A stretch of 64,000 bases of DNA from Salisapilia sapeloensis CBS 127946. Its lineage: Eukaryota; Protista; Oomycota. This document shows positions 23,101 through 34,700 of the stretch, piece after piece (the stretch's first letter is position 1; each line of letters starts with the position of its first letter). Where the stretch lies: contig JAADVB010000085.1 of NCBI GenBank assembly GCA_023334545.1, forward strand, positions 1 through 64,000, read 5' to 3'. The notes beneath the pieces were generated by a model. It did no database searches and had not been told where the DNA came from. It saw nothing but the letters and a program-made list of their open reading frames with translations. Both the position numbers and the translations under genes were made by a program.

Positions 23101-25197
23101 GGTACTGACCCGGATACTATCCTCCATCTCGTCCAATCTCTCGCTCGTTGCTTGCGTGACTTGGCTCCTCAGCTGCGTCATGAAGCCGAGACATCCGACG
23201 TGGAGGATGTCGACATGACGCTAGACGGATACTTTAAAAGTGTCTGGACGTCCTATCAAGACGTCAAGAATAAGCCGGATGACCTCACTAGAGGTGTAAT
23301 CTACTGTATCTTCCAGCCTGTATTGCTACACTGCAGCGGTCTGACCGACGACAACGACTCTCTGTTCAAACGATGGTACCGAACAGTGTGGGAGTTTGGT
23401 GCACTGCATCGCCCGAACGTCATTTTCCACTTGACGTCGCGATTCGTCCAGATCTGGCGGATGAAGCCTCGCATCGCACTCGCTTTCCAAGATGAGATAC
23501 TCGAGCTGCTCTTCTACAAGGAGCCTCAAGTGAGTGAAAAACAACGACTGAAGAATACGAATTGGCATGAAATGATTGAATCAATGCCAAGTGAACGCGT
23601 CGGGGTGTCTGTGAAAGACAAGTTTGTTCGTATATTAGTCCTCGGTTTCCTCGATGACGTCCCTATCACGAAAGAAGACGATGATCTAGAGACGTTCATG
23701 ACGACATTGCTAGAGCGACTGCTTCAGTACAACTTGACGGAAGATGGGAAGCGGCAGTACATGATTAACAGTGACGGATTCGGTCGTAAAGTGCGTTGTT
23801 GGCAAGCCATTTGTGTCCTTAGTAGACACATCACTTCGGGTACGGTCGAGTCTGTGAATCAAGTCTTCTGGCAGGCCTTTGGAGCGCTCAATCTTCCAGA
23901 AGTACGCTTCTACATGGAAGTTGTAGCGATGCAGCTAGCTGTACGCTTCCCAGCGACAACCGTGCGAAAGCATCTCATTCCGTCCCTCGGAAAGGTGAAT
24001 CAGTCTCCACAGATCGCGACGTCCTTGCTTCTTGTAGCTGGCTACCTTGTCACCCACGCACTAGACAGCGAGCTCTTGTCGAAAGAAAGCTGTGAGCTGG
24101 AGCTGTTTGAAGCCATGCTTCCGTGGCTGAGCAGTGGACATGGACATGCCCGCGTCTTGACGCAGTTTGCTGTCGGTCAGTTCCTACCAAGATTACTCGC
24201 ATACCCGGAGTTATCACTTGACTCTAACAATGTGAACAACGGAATGAACTTGCGCTTCCTTGAACACACCACTCGGTTCTTGAGTGAAAACAAAGAATGC
24301 AAACGCATGCTGCGTCGACAGCAGAAACAACTGTCTGACTTCCGACCTAGCTACGAATGCTCTCTCCTTGGTGTCCTCTCTTCCTCCATCGCAAATGAGT
24401 TTGATGAGCTCGTCCCGCATGCTGGAGCAGGACGTGCCACTGCCTTTACGGAAGAGCTCAAAGCAGCCATGAATGAGCTATATGCTCAATTCCAACGAGA
24501 GTACTTTAATGCAGACATGTCTCCAGATATATTAAAGACACCGTCTAAAGTGGACGACGCTGATGAAGGCAATCGAGCTGGAGGTCTGTTGGTCCAACGC
24601 AAAATCGATGTCCACTCTGTTTTACTCGAAGAAAGCGTTCTACCTGTTGCATGGCAACGGTCTGATATGCCAACCACGTCGCCACTGGACTTGAATGCTC
24701 GTCGACGACAGCGTCAGTCGGTCATCATGTGCGCTAGTCTCGTGGATAAAGCCCCGAACCTCGGCGGACTTGCTCGTACATGCGAAATTTTTAACGCAGA
24801 GAAGCTGATTGTCCCGGACGAACGCATTAAAAAGGATGAAACGTTCCAGACGATCAGCGTGACAGCTCATAAGTGGGTACCGATAGAAGAAGTCTCACCT
24901 GCCAATCTCACGCAGGCACTAGTCAAGTGGAAGCAAGATGGATATACAATTGTGGGTGTCGAGCAGACGGCCGATAGTGAAGATCTAAGCTCCTTTTCAT
25001 TCCCAGACATGGCTGTCATTGTCTTGGGTAAAGAGAAGGAAGGCATTCCGGTCGACGTGTTGCAGCTCGTCGATGTGTGCGTCGAAATACCTCAATTTGG
25101 CGTCATTCGGTCTTTGAATGTACACGTAAGTGGTGCTCTTCTGCTGTGGTCGTACACGCAGCAACAATTGCTGAAGGATAGTAGAAAGCTAGTATAG
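20119..25197 (+). CDS. TARBP1: tRNA (guanosine-18 2'-O)-methyltransferase, TRM3/TARBP1 (SPOUT family)
   Basis: Long helical N-terminus and a C-terminal SpoU domain: ASLVDKAPNLGGLARTCEIF, VGVEQT, LGKEKEGIP, IPQFGVIRSLNVHVS. Confidence 0.92.
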   Translation: MTMELLSKLRRQVDRAWAHSSFQNKNTSVQDASAVNKYDTHKFVAIGVLASWTTDEMVALMAECSTAIVSELLLPLNDRMLEDESKFHFTLLLVTTLLEDVHRVMDAEDKAQDKLSKCVEMLCCSVLVPAILDPNCVHVHPLASSTIKSLLALTQNAPALVHTLSTQLHLNLTTSKGADASKEAIASAMHSDKDESAIFRAIRSSYQVQAELWTWFYTNKHDTNDKADEWDDAMISICQETINTFSPEQPWQLEAVAIHMLSSCSISSLPQRCVQRIEERERDQQAVTGKTVDPAPAMLFLLCRLVRMDVKVVLSSLTLRSMIARGLACENDKLVRKQALAAMKTALAAFISSSKHQKNGSQKQASPYSTETWENFLAACEVIHMHHEQHLIEQVWPQVDALIQMGIQGFHKQDETQLHDTGCWPVALTFEWMQSVLIRILLHENPVVRRLFVSRFMHSCIKYWESTDLKHSLASNISSFVDDPTFHSFVQYRLLRFCNDPLLYKPLAAAKEFQQLLTQFLTLFLRTRLSSASTEPGSGSTAEDILSAYVHVACNAVFGPDTSNHSPEAFISMLQVFESTHLQQLASAYLSDGRPLLGAQPIESLRFVLDVYIMPSFAQTTKFILMRAAQALLTTGFCDQATLPLSAIARLLCIFSPEHLLSNNSVTLVALRNWLLLSSSASKEQPKNTFMMRLADAVHKFLADDQNEQLSVEQLARLIVLTGDTQHVGTEDDITELVLEYPLASLLDHVSTSATFDGKEQTRAVWLVGMLEKEVEILVQETPASCTFSIRIKPDQIYKSTPTTTIFSRETMFTYAYDLLNAWVAAQATSSKSSNTSLDVDSWDAEPRRVDAIAMVLARMATYAMDQEGNLSIVEQLNPICKVLTKIVFQQEQTSSPTAQNIALRMLAILSSQTQVLDVLDIFDASDLLPQLVQVCFAPASERAAQQMQSKWNITIFTTSKWAIIHHVIQASTYVPRETTKLLLETCVDAFGSAGTDPDTILHLVQSLARCLRDLAPQLRHEAETSDVEDVDMTLDGYFKSVWTSYQDVKNKPDDLTRGVIYCIFQPVLLHCSGLTDDNDSLFKRWYRTVWEFGALHRPNVIFHLTSRFVQIWRMKPRIALAFQDEILELLFYKEPQVSEKQRLKNTNWHEMIESMPSERVGVSVKDKFVRILVLGFLDDVPITKEDDDLETFMTTLLERLLQYNLTEDGKRQYMINSDGFGRKVRCWQAICVLSRHITSGTVESVNQVFWQAFGALNLPEVRFYMEVVAMQLAVRFPATTVRKHLIPSLGKVNQSPQIATSLLLVAGYLVTHALDSELLSKESCELELFEAMLPWLSSGHGHARVLTQFAVGQFLPRLLAYPELSLDSNNVNNGMNLRFLEHTTRFLSENKECKRMLRRQQKQLSDFRPSYECSLLGVLSSSIANEFDELVPHAGAGRATAFTEELKAAMNELYAQFQREYFNADMSPDILKTPSKVDDADEGNRAGGLLVQRKIDVHSVLLEESVLPVAWQRSDMPTTSPLDLNARRRQRQSVIMCASLVDKAPNLGGLARTCEIFNAEKLIVPDERIKKDETFQTISVTAHKWVPIEEVSPANLTQALVKWKQDGYTIVGVEQTADSEDLSSFSFPDMAVIVLGKEKEGIPVDVLQLVDVCVEIPQFGVIRSLNVHVSGALLLWSYTQQQLLKDSRKLV

Positions 25198-25273
25198 ATA
25201 GGGTATATCTAGGTGTTTCTAACAAGTTGTTTCAAGTTTGAAATGACAACAAGTCCTGGACACGAAAAGCGTG

Positions 25274-27004
25274 ATGGAGGGAGTCGTCGGTCGGGCTTTG
25301 CGAGGCGGCGTCTACCTTTTTCTTCAACGTATATTGACTTTCTCATTGCAATCGGTTGTTCTGCGCAAGTTACACCTTAGTGTGACCGGCGTCGTTTCTG
25401 TTCAACTTGAGCTGGCGCTTGCGTCGTGCTTCTTTTTACGTGACGGCTTTCGACTTGCATTCCTTCGTGCTCCGTCCCTGATACGAGATACCACAAAAGA
25501 AAACACAAAGGTTAAAGTAGTGTCTGAGACCACCATCCAGCAACTTGTCAATGTTACTTGGCTGTCGACTGCTGTGACGTGCGTTGTAGCAATGGGCATC
25601 ACTGCATACACATTTATCGTAAACGACAACTCCTCCGCTAAAGCAGATGAGTTGGACCAGCTTGCTGCTTTCCCTTACACAATGGCACTTTATTGTCTAT
25701 CAGCGGCGATAGAAGCTGTGGGTGAACCGCTGTATTTGTTGGCACACTGCAGCTTGCTAATGTCAGTGCAAGTGTCTGCGCAGTCCATGGCACTAATCGT
25801 ACGCAGCATTGCCCAATACTTTTGCATCATCTACTTGGACCTAGGACTTTTGGGATATGGTTTCGCGGAGGTAGCTAGCGCATGCACTATCCTGCTTGTT
25901 CTAGTCCTCTACTTTTCTCGTCAACTACAAGATGAAGAGTCAACCTTTGCGCTTCAATCACTACGTCAATTTCTTCCTAACATACCCAAGAACCGAAGCG
26001 ATGGTATATTTGACCGTAAGCTACTTACGATCTTAGGTGCTCTAAGTCTGCAAAGTGGAGTCAAATACCTGTTAACAGAAGGAGATAAGTGGGTCCTATC
26101 GTCTTTTGCTTCGCTTGAGAACATGGGTGTCTACGGCATCGTCTTTCACCTCGGATCCCTGGTTCCGAGATTACTCTTCCGACCAATTGAAGATGCAGCA
26201 AAGCCAATCTTTAGCAAATTGGGAACGACACACGGGAATGATAATGCATCGACCCAAGCGGTCCATCGCATTTTGATTGTGCTCCTACGTGGAATGCTAT
26301 TGCTAGGTCTGACTTTTATCACCTTTGGCTACCACTTCACTTCTACGCTTGTACTTCTTTTATACGGACCAGAAAAGGTTCGTCTTCACGTCTCATCTGC
26401 ACTCTCGACTTACTGCATTTACATCCTATTCCTCGGATTCAACGGCGTGTGCGAGTCTTTCGTGCATGCAGTTGGAAATGAAAAGCAATTGATGAAGTTA
26501 AACCAGTGGCTGATTGCGTTCTTTGTCATTTATGCAATGACTGCTGCTTTGCTTGTAGCCGGAGAAGAGGATGGAGCTAAGGGTATTATCCTCGCTAACT
26601 GTGTCAATATGGGCTGTCGGATCTTGTATTGTATGCAGTTCATGGGCGCATTTTTCATACAGATAAACGAGCCCGATACTTCTCAATCTCCTACCGTCTT
26701 GGAAAGTATATCATCAATCATGCGCACTATTTTGCCTAACCGCTGGGTGCTCGCATCATTTGCAATTACTGGTGGAGTATTGCGTCAATCCTACCAAACG
26801 CTTGTATTGCCTTGGGAGAATCAAATGGTGGAGCAAGAGATAGACATCGTAAATTTGAGTGTCTGGAAGATGCATGCGATGCATGTTGCCATTGGAGGGG
26901 TAACTTTCATCTTGACAGCAATTGTTGTTTACGTAATGGAAAGGAAGTCAATAGTTGCGCAGGTTCAGGCGGTTCGTGAATCCCAGAAGTCGCATAGCGA
27001 GTAG
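25274..27004 (+). CDS. RFT1: RFT1, Man5GlcNAc2-PP-dolichol translocation-associated membrane protein
   Basis: Multi-TM protein with motifs FLRDGFRLAFLR, EAVGEPLY, KYLLTEGDK, GSLVPRLLFRPIED, NGVCESFV, ILANCVNMGCRI. Confidence 0.9.
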   Translation: MEGVVGRALRGGVYLFLQRILTFSLQSVVLRKLHLSVTGVVSVQLELALASCFFLRDGFRLAFLRAPSLIRDTTKENTKVKVVSETTIQQLVNVTWLSTAVTCVVAMGITAYTFIVNDNSSAKADELDQLAAFPYTMALYCLSAAIEAVGEPLYLLAHCSLLMSVQVSAQSMALIVRSIAQYFCIIYLDLGLLGYGFAEVASACTILLVLVLYFSRQLQDEESTFALQSLRQFLPNIPKNRSDGIFDRKLLTILGALSLQSGVKYLLTEGDKWVLSSFASLENMGVYGIVFHLGSLVPRLLFRPIEDAAKPIFSKLGTTHGNDNASTQAVHRILIVLLRGMLLLGLTFITFGYHFTSTLVLLLYGPEKVRLHVSSALSTYCIYILFLGFNGVCESFVHAVGNEKQLMKLNQWLIAFFVIYAMTAALLVAGEEDGAKGIILANCVNMGCRILYCMQFMGAFFIQINEPDTSQSPTVLESISSIMRTILPNRWVLASFAITGGVLRQSYQTLVLPWENQMVEQEIDIVNLSVWKMHAMHVAIGGVTFILTAIVVYVMERKSIVAQVQAVRESQKSHSE

Positions 27005-27070
27005 CAACTACCGATCGTAAAAGCTAAATATAGAGTTGAAATCGGTTATAACACTCTTGCTGTGCGAAAT

Positions 27071-29579
27071 ATGAAAGATCGTTGGATAGAACATATTCCC
27101 GAGGAAAGCGAGACAAATGCTGTTGATCCTACAAGCAATGCGAAAGATAAGAACTCAGATGAACCAAATATACGCGATGAGCTGCTTCGAGTAAGTTTTA
27201 ATCAGTACATGAAAGCTAAACAAACTTTATCAAGTTCTTTCAGTGGAGATTGCTATCCCCATGGACGATGTACGTTGTTAGCGATCCAACTTTAAGCGAG
27301 AAAGAAAACCAGTATAACACCTTTGGTTTCATTAATCTTTATTGAGCTTTAAAGATAAACGAATATAGACTACTGACAACAAATGTGCGAGATCAAGTAC
27401 TGGTCGAATTGGAAGTCATCTTTAAGCGACTACGAAAGCAATTGAAAAGTCGAAATGCATCTGGTATCATGTCTAAAGATGCCAGCGCAACGAGGTTGGA
27501 ATGTCAGCTACTCGTTGAAGCAAAGAAGTTGATTAAGCTGTCCAAGCTCACTAATGAGGTAATCTTTATAAACATGCACACGTCTGAATAAACTTAGCAT
27601 CACTTGATATAGGCAAAAAATGTTATAATAGCGAGTCGTTTTGCGACCTTGACGACCGCTTCATCTCCTCTGACGAGTCCTCAGCCTCAAAGTGGTGGAA
27701 ATCGACATTCTACAAGACGAAGGACCAACGCAATTTCACAAAAGCCTCTTACTGGTACACAATCATTTATACACTGCTATCACGAACTATATTCACCGTT
27801 CATATATTCGCAGAGAAGATAAAATTTGGCAAAGATTTGCATTTGGAGGAAGTAGAAGAGTGTCCAAACGAAAGTGAACAAGTTGACTCGATCCAACTCC
27901 AGCTTCCAAAACGACAGGAAACACTTCATCAAGTGATGGATGAACTTGAACGTGAGGATGGTGAGCAAGAAGCAGTAAGTCAAAATCATATAACGAGCTT
28001 TCGAAAGCGTCCCACGTTAGGCCACTTATCACCATCAGCTTCCACCGATCAATCTCCTGGAAAATTACCAGCCAGAGTTCGCTACATTATGTCATCACGA
28101 CCCGGTGTATCGGCACCTATCCAAGCAATTTTGGATGAATATGCCATTCCGAAGGAAGTTATAGAAGCCTTGGAAACCCATCGCCACTTCCACGTCGATG
28201 AAAGCTCTTTACTCTCGTCTTTTGACCCAATTCCAATCTCTAGCAACCAAGTTACTCATTCGAGTGAAGCTACTTCTCCGAAACATGATCGTTTTCCGTC
28301 TGCAGCTCATGACAGTACCGCATACTTCCGTCGCTCTGTCCCACTGGAAAGATCTCCAGTTTCGTTTGTGCTCCAGTCTCTTGACATAGCTCCTGTCCAA
28401 GCGCAACCTGGTCCTATCGACATTTATCAGCATCAAACGAAGGAAGCATATAGCAGCGAAACACATCTACTCACGGAAGTACAAGGGCTATTCGATCATA
28501 CATACGACGCGATCAATGCATTTCGAAAGAAGTTGCACAAGAATCAAGACATATCGGAAGTCGTTAACTTCGCTATTCGAAATTCATTGCATTCGTTGGC
28601 ATATTTCATGGTCCAAGATGGTGATAATACCTTTGCATCGTCTATCAGCAGCGATGGCAATGCCACTGGGTCGGATGCTGCTATCAGTCGTGGTCGTTCG
28701 AAGATACCAATCAGGTTGAGACGTACATCGGGAAGATCGACAACCATTGTAAGGAGAGGTGGTACGAAAGCAACGGCTGCATTGCAAAAGTGGCAAAATG
28801 CTTCGGACCAAGAGGTGAATGGAAACAGACGACGAAATGGCATTACCTTGGCATTTCGATCTCCTCAAGTCCTCAGGTCACAGTATGTAGACCTAATAGA
28901 CCAAATGTGTACGTTCGAGCCGGTGGAAATCGATCTCATGTCCACATACGCTGAGGCAATCAAGAAAAACGAGGAAGAGGAAGAGAGGATGGAGGACCCG
29001 ATTCCCATTCCGCCGGATCTCAGTGCTCGCTTTGAACGTGTATGGAGGCAGCTTAAAATCGACCCTCATATCCGTTTAGACTTGGCAATCAAGTACAGTG
29101 AAAACACTCGCATGGCTGCTATCTTGCCCGAAGTTGTGGACATGTGGGAAGTTGTTGCGGCTTTAATTTTGGAGCGAGAGGAGTATGTAAACGTGCTTCG
29201 ATCGATTGTCGAGCAAGTTCCACAAGTTCAGATGAACATGACCGCTGCAGTCGTCGCCGAGGAGGTTCATATACTCCAGGAACTAGCTATTACGACTCAA
29301 GATGTGAAAGAAGCCATACTTCTTGCTCACCATCACTACAACGACTTTGTAGGTTTATATATCGCTTACGCAATGCATTATCGTACGACTCATGGCATGT
29401 AGGTTATGCTAGGAAGCGACTTTTACCTCCATCGGATGGAACGAGACGCAACGGCGCTTAGGTACGTCGTCTCCGTTTACCCTCTTTTGCGCATGTCTGA
29501 AACACGAGATAGACAAGCATTGCTGAAAAGAATGGAAAGCATGGCAGACAGCAAATTTGCGAGTCATGAAAAGGTCTGA
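27071..29579 (+). CDS. Multi-exon hypothetical protein with CCDC87-like C-terminal helical domain (exon limits approximate)
   Basis: Exons chain via GT-AG introns into the 27837 ORF. The C-terminus RFERVWRQLKIDPHIRLDLAIKYS..MWE resembles the CCDC87/MAP65-like signature. Confidence 0.5.
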
Positions 29580-29765
29580 GAACGAAAGAACAACCTGGTA
29601 GACAAGATGGCGTGTGCAGCTCTCAGTCATCAAAATGTATTTCTCCTAATCCTCTCCTATAACCATGTTTTCAATGGTCAAGGAGCGAACTAGGCACACT
29701 ACAGTTTTCTGTTATTGAGCTTGTTGGTTCCGTTCGCTCCAGCTTTCATCCGATTCTGATACAAC

Positions 29766-30198
29766 TTAGGCGCTCGCCTTTTCGTCGTTCGAACGACGGA
29801 TACGGGCCAACGTGGAGCGGACCGTAGCAGCCGAAGGGGTGCTATAAGAATAAGAGATGAGAATAGGCGTGGGGTATAATAATAATAGCCTGAACGTACT
29901 TGAGGAGGTAAGCACCACCGGCCATGGTCTTGTAGCACGAGCCACAACGCCAGATGCCGACAACCGTACGCTTAATGCTGTCCTTGCCGCAGAAGGCACA
30001 GTTGTACTTGGAGTGCTGCGAAACTTCGATCTTCTTGACGATCTTACGCAGCGACGAACCGTAGCGCGTGCCGTATTTACCACAGATGCCAACCTTTTGT
30101 GTGCGACGTCCCTACAGAATGGCAATCACGTAATTAGTCTATCATACACGGAGCATAGGGAGGTTCATGAAAGACATATAAGAAGATGCACGCACCAT
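29766..30198 (-). CDS. RPL37A: 60S ribosomal protein L37a (eL43); 2 introns, first exon is ATG only
   Basis: M|[66 protein letters not shown]|[17 protein letters not shown]. Introns at 30195-30112 and ~29900-29840. Confidence 0.96.
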
Positions 30199-30289
30199 TT
30201 TGAACTTGTGACCTGACTGAGAGCGAACGAATCGACTTTGTGCAGGACCGAACGCTGTTTCCGCGTATTTGAATGGACGAAAGCCATCA

Positions 30290-31660
30290 GATATTTTTAG
30301 CCAATAGAAGTGGTATAAATATCATTTTATCCAATACAATCTGAATAATAAGATGCTGTGAAGCGACGTTGAAGCCATCTGGGACGGACTTGAATAAACA
30401 AGGTTGTCTAGGCAAGGACGTTGGAATGACCATCGACCTACATCTCTCATTGTGAATGCCAATTGGGCTTCTTTCTGTTGAAACATCACTATACATTTTT
30501 GTACAAATTCTGATGTATGACAGTAGTTTCGCTTTTTGAAAACTTGCTTTTTTAAGACCTTGAACAACGTTGTCGAGGCGCACTTTAATCCATGTTGCAA
30601 GTCGAGAGCTGGTCTATAGTACGATATACGAGACGCATTGGTCAAATTAACTATATTAAAGATTGCATTTGCCGATCTAGGTATAAATACAGCTATGTCT
30701 GTGGGTAACTTTGGAGTACACATCAGACTAAATTGGCAACAATACACCACAGAATATTGGCAGCGTCCATACCGATACATTAGCCAAATTCATAGTTTAA
30801 ATGTGTGTTGGTGATCTTCCGCTTAGCTTAGGTTGGATTTGGATCTACTTAGTCCTTGTTAATCTAGGGTGGTCAGATTCATTATAAATATGCAAATGAA
30901 TTTGACACACTGTACTTTGCCAGAGGGAGTTCTTTTGAGCACACCAAATTTCATGAAGATTTGTATTGATTCAACTATGTAGAAGGCATCGATCTGCAAT
31001 GCAATTTTACTCGTACTTCACGTCTAAACCCATTTTTGCTTGTCGAATAAGTGACCCTGGGCTTGTGTTACATCCGTATACCAACTCCCTACGTTCCTAC
31101 ATTCAGATCTCTTCTACATGTCATGCCATAGCTGGGCAGGGAAATTTCGTTTTGGACAAACGAAGGGATGTAGCTGTCCATTAAAAAACAAAAAAGGGTA
31201 TAACCCTTTTGAGAGCTGTAGTTATTATGCCTCTTTCTTTTCATAGCATCCACCGTGTGAATCATAGAACAATCTTCATAGCTTATGACAAATCCCTTTC
31301 ATGTACTCGATATATAATTTTAAGACATTAGAGCTCCAAGAGTACATTTCGGTCAACCATCTCATTTTCATACCGCGTGCCATGGCAATCCAGAAGAAAT
31401 TTATACATGAATATTTATATATGACATAAATTGAGCATTATACACTAGATGGAGCGTCATAATTATTGCTCTACTTCCCAATGATAGTCTGCTCTATATC
31501 TAGCTATCTTTACTTTTTCTTAATAAGATGTCCTTCAGTTCGCTCAGTTCAACTATCAATGTTCCGTTTCGCACTTTCATCATCTAAATCAACTCTTTAC
31601 AACCTATTTTCAATATGCTCAGTATTCTCTTATAATTCTACTCAGCTCCATGTTATTTTG
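30290..31660 (-). mobile_element. Degenerate pogo/Tigger-like (Tc1/mariner superfamily) transposase relic
   Basis: AT-rich frame with many stops. In order it reads ELI*MMKVRNG.LIV.L (HTH-like), AMKRKRHN, ...IWL, QFS, LPTDIAVFIPRSANAIFNIVNL (cf. pogo NTDxAVIPGGxTxxLQxLDV), then YYR. No TIRs found. Confidence 0.4.
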
Positions 31661-31797
31661 AATTGACTCGAAAATTGTGTCCTTTGCCCAGATTCAAGTT
31701 CCAACTTTCGTTGCCCGATTTGTTGTCAGAATTTGTTGTTCGAAAGTTGTTTGTATTTTCTTAATGTTGCTCGTTCTGGTGGTAATTTGGGATCAAA

Positions 31798-34700
31798 ATG
31801 TCCTCGAAGGCGAAACTTCCCAAAAAGCTTTCCGAAATGAACAATAAACCACGCAAACGTAAAGTCTTCACCTCATAGTCTTTTTCATCTTCTTTTGCCG
31901 ACGTTACTATAGGTGTGGTGTACATTGATGGCATTCCAATCGAGTCTGAAATTATTGAGGTGCAGCAAGAGTCGCCAGAGACAGAAGAGGCTGGGAATGC
32001 AAATGGACTGGCAGGACTAAAACCACGTGAAGTCGGACATCCTTTGTATACTTTAATCGACTTTAAATTAATTGATTCTTGATTATAGCTTTTTGATAAA
32101 TATGACGTGGATGGGTCTGGCGATATCGACTTCGAGGAATTTAAAACGCTGCTTCAAGACCTCGGTGTCCATTTAAACGAACCAAAAGCCTTGGCTTACT
32201 TCAAAAAGTGTGATACAAGTCACCGAGGCGCAATCTCTTTTGAAGAATTTCGAGTTGCGCTCTATACATGTGATCCTAAAAATCCAAATCGAACAGAAGG
32301 CTTTGCTCCAGGGAGCTCCATGACACCGAAAGACGTTTTTAATATGTTTGATTCAGAAGAGGAAGGTGGGATTGATCGTGAAACATTTTTGCAAGTACTG
32401 TCATTTATGGGTCGCCCCATGCCGCTGTACCAAATGGAAAGCATATTTCAAGCAAATGAAGACGTACGCTTGTCAAATAACCATACTCATCCATGTTCTA
32501 ATGTGAGCTCGTATAGCCAGAAACAGAGATGATGCAGTACCCAAAGTTTAAAAAAGTATGGCTGTCACTTGTAGATGTAAGAGCTGAATTGAGTAATCGG
32601 AAAGAGCGATTTAATCGATTCTTGCCTCACGCAACTCTAGCGAGGCAATTAGAGAGGGTATTGGACTTGGAAGAGCGTAAAGAAGCGAGAACGCTTGCAG
32701 AGGCTTCAGCTACATTAAATATTGAAAAGTTGCTGCAACAGCGTCGTCGGATGGTATCCAATGCCCGAATGATGGCAGATGTACTCTTATCGCAGGCATT
32801 AGATGCTGCCGGTCATGTATATGTGTTTGGTAAAGGTCCTTTAGATCGCTTTAAGGATGAGAATGAAGACGTCGTTGAACCGGACTTTGCCGATTTTCTA
32901 GAATTTGATACGATTAAAAAGCTGTGGAAGTCTCGCGTAAAGCCTCAAGAGAAAAGTGATGAAAAGGACGCTCCTGTGGACACTGAAATGTCTAAGCGAA
33001 TACGAAGGGACTATCAGGCAGCTCGCAGGGCGTTCATGAACAGACAAGTATCGCTGGTAACTGGATTCTTATGGGCAAGAAGAGTTCGCAAGGTAGCTTG
33101 CGGTGCTTCGGTCCTCTTTGCACTCACCGATGGCGGCGAGTTATTCACATGGGGAGGAAACAAGCGCAAGTGGAATTATTTTTACGACGAAAATATGTCT
33201 CCTGAAAACGTTGCGAACGAAGTGGCCCAGATTTCCAGCAAGGATCGTTTAAATCCATTTGATAGCGTACCTACTACTCGTGTCATGACGGCACGAACGG
33301 AAATGTTAAAATTGTCGACTCCGTCTCAAGCAGACAAAAGCAGGCAGCGTCGCAAAGAGGATTCAGTTCGACTCAAGTATTCGGGTGTATACAAACGTCC
33401 TGAACGGCCAGTTGAGGATGATGAATCGAAGCGCTACAAGCTAGAACTCCTTGCGCGCTATTACGACATCTTACCATCTCTCAGTACAGAGAATGGTGAA
33501 CCGATAGCTCCACAAGCAGTGTCGTTGACCCACCTCGTGACAAAGGTTGAGCCTGAGCTTCAGCTAGACGAAATGATCCTGTCACTTGTACTTCGTGGTG
33601 TATACGCTCGAAAAGCAAATCGAATGCAGCTGGTAAAATTACTTAGTGATTGTCTAGCACTGGAGGTAGAATGTGTAGGAGATTCTTTTCATTCTTATCT
33701 TAAAGAACAAGATCGTGTTGCGCGTCATCTCAAGCAACGTCGGGAAGACCATAAAGTCCGCCGTATCGTTCAGAAAACGAGTTCATTATGGTATGAGCTT
33801 CGGAACTTACAACTTCGAATCGAAGCGATAGAGATGGAAGAGTATAATAAAACACTAGGGGAGTATCTTCAGATTAAACAATCTATTGTCGACGCAAAGC
33901 AAAGACGGGATCGAAGAGGAAAAGAAGGAGTGCATCTCTTTCCTGATGAAGGTGACTACAAGGACTCTGAGCTGTTACATCCAAGTGGACTGACAGCACG
34001 AGGTCCAGGTTTCCAAACATTTCAAGGGTCTGAGGCAATTGCAGACATCGCTTTAGGTTCACGACATGCCGTTGCTATCCACCAATCCGGCAAGCTATAT
34101 ACATGGGGAGTAGGGTCCTACGGAAGACTAGGTGGGGCAAACACAACAGAAAGTAGTAAAGACGAGAGTACAAGGAAGGCACTAAGGAAGAAGTTGAATA
34201 GCAAGAGATCAAACAACCACGATATAGCGACCGTAAAACCAGATAACGATCCGCATGCTTGGCATCGTGACGCTCGCGAACCTTTCGTTATTGAAGCACT
34301 TAGGCAAGAGCGCTTTCGTAGTGTGTGCTGTGGGTATGGCCACACGTTAGCACTCACCTGCAATGGTCAAGTTTACACATGGGGATCTGCGACATTAGGT
34401 AAACTTGGGATTGGTCCTGTGCAAGCGAATGAAAGCTTTACTTTGTTCCCTATGGAGATCAAGGTACCTGGTAATCTATCTGTTCGACAAATATCTTGCG
34501 GCGCTTCTCATTCAGCCCTCGTGACAATGGATGGAAAGCTATTTATATGGGGCGACGGCGATGGTGGAAAACTGGGTTTGATATTTCCAGACACGATAAA
34601 GAATGGAAATCCATTGTCAGCGATAGTGGCGCATAGTCCCACAAGAGTGGATCAGCCATTTGATGATAACTATTATGTGCTCCAGGTTTCTTGCGGTGCT

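Noticed and set aside
30112-30195. 84-nt RPL37A intron as a possible snoRNA host
   Set aside because: No paired C (RUGAUGA) and D (CUGA) boxes and no H/ACA hairpins.
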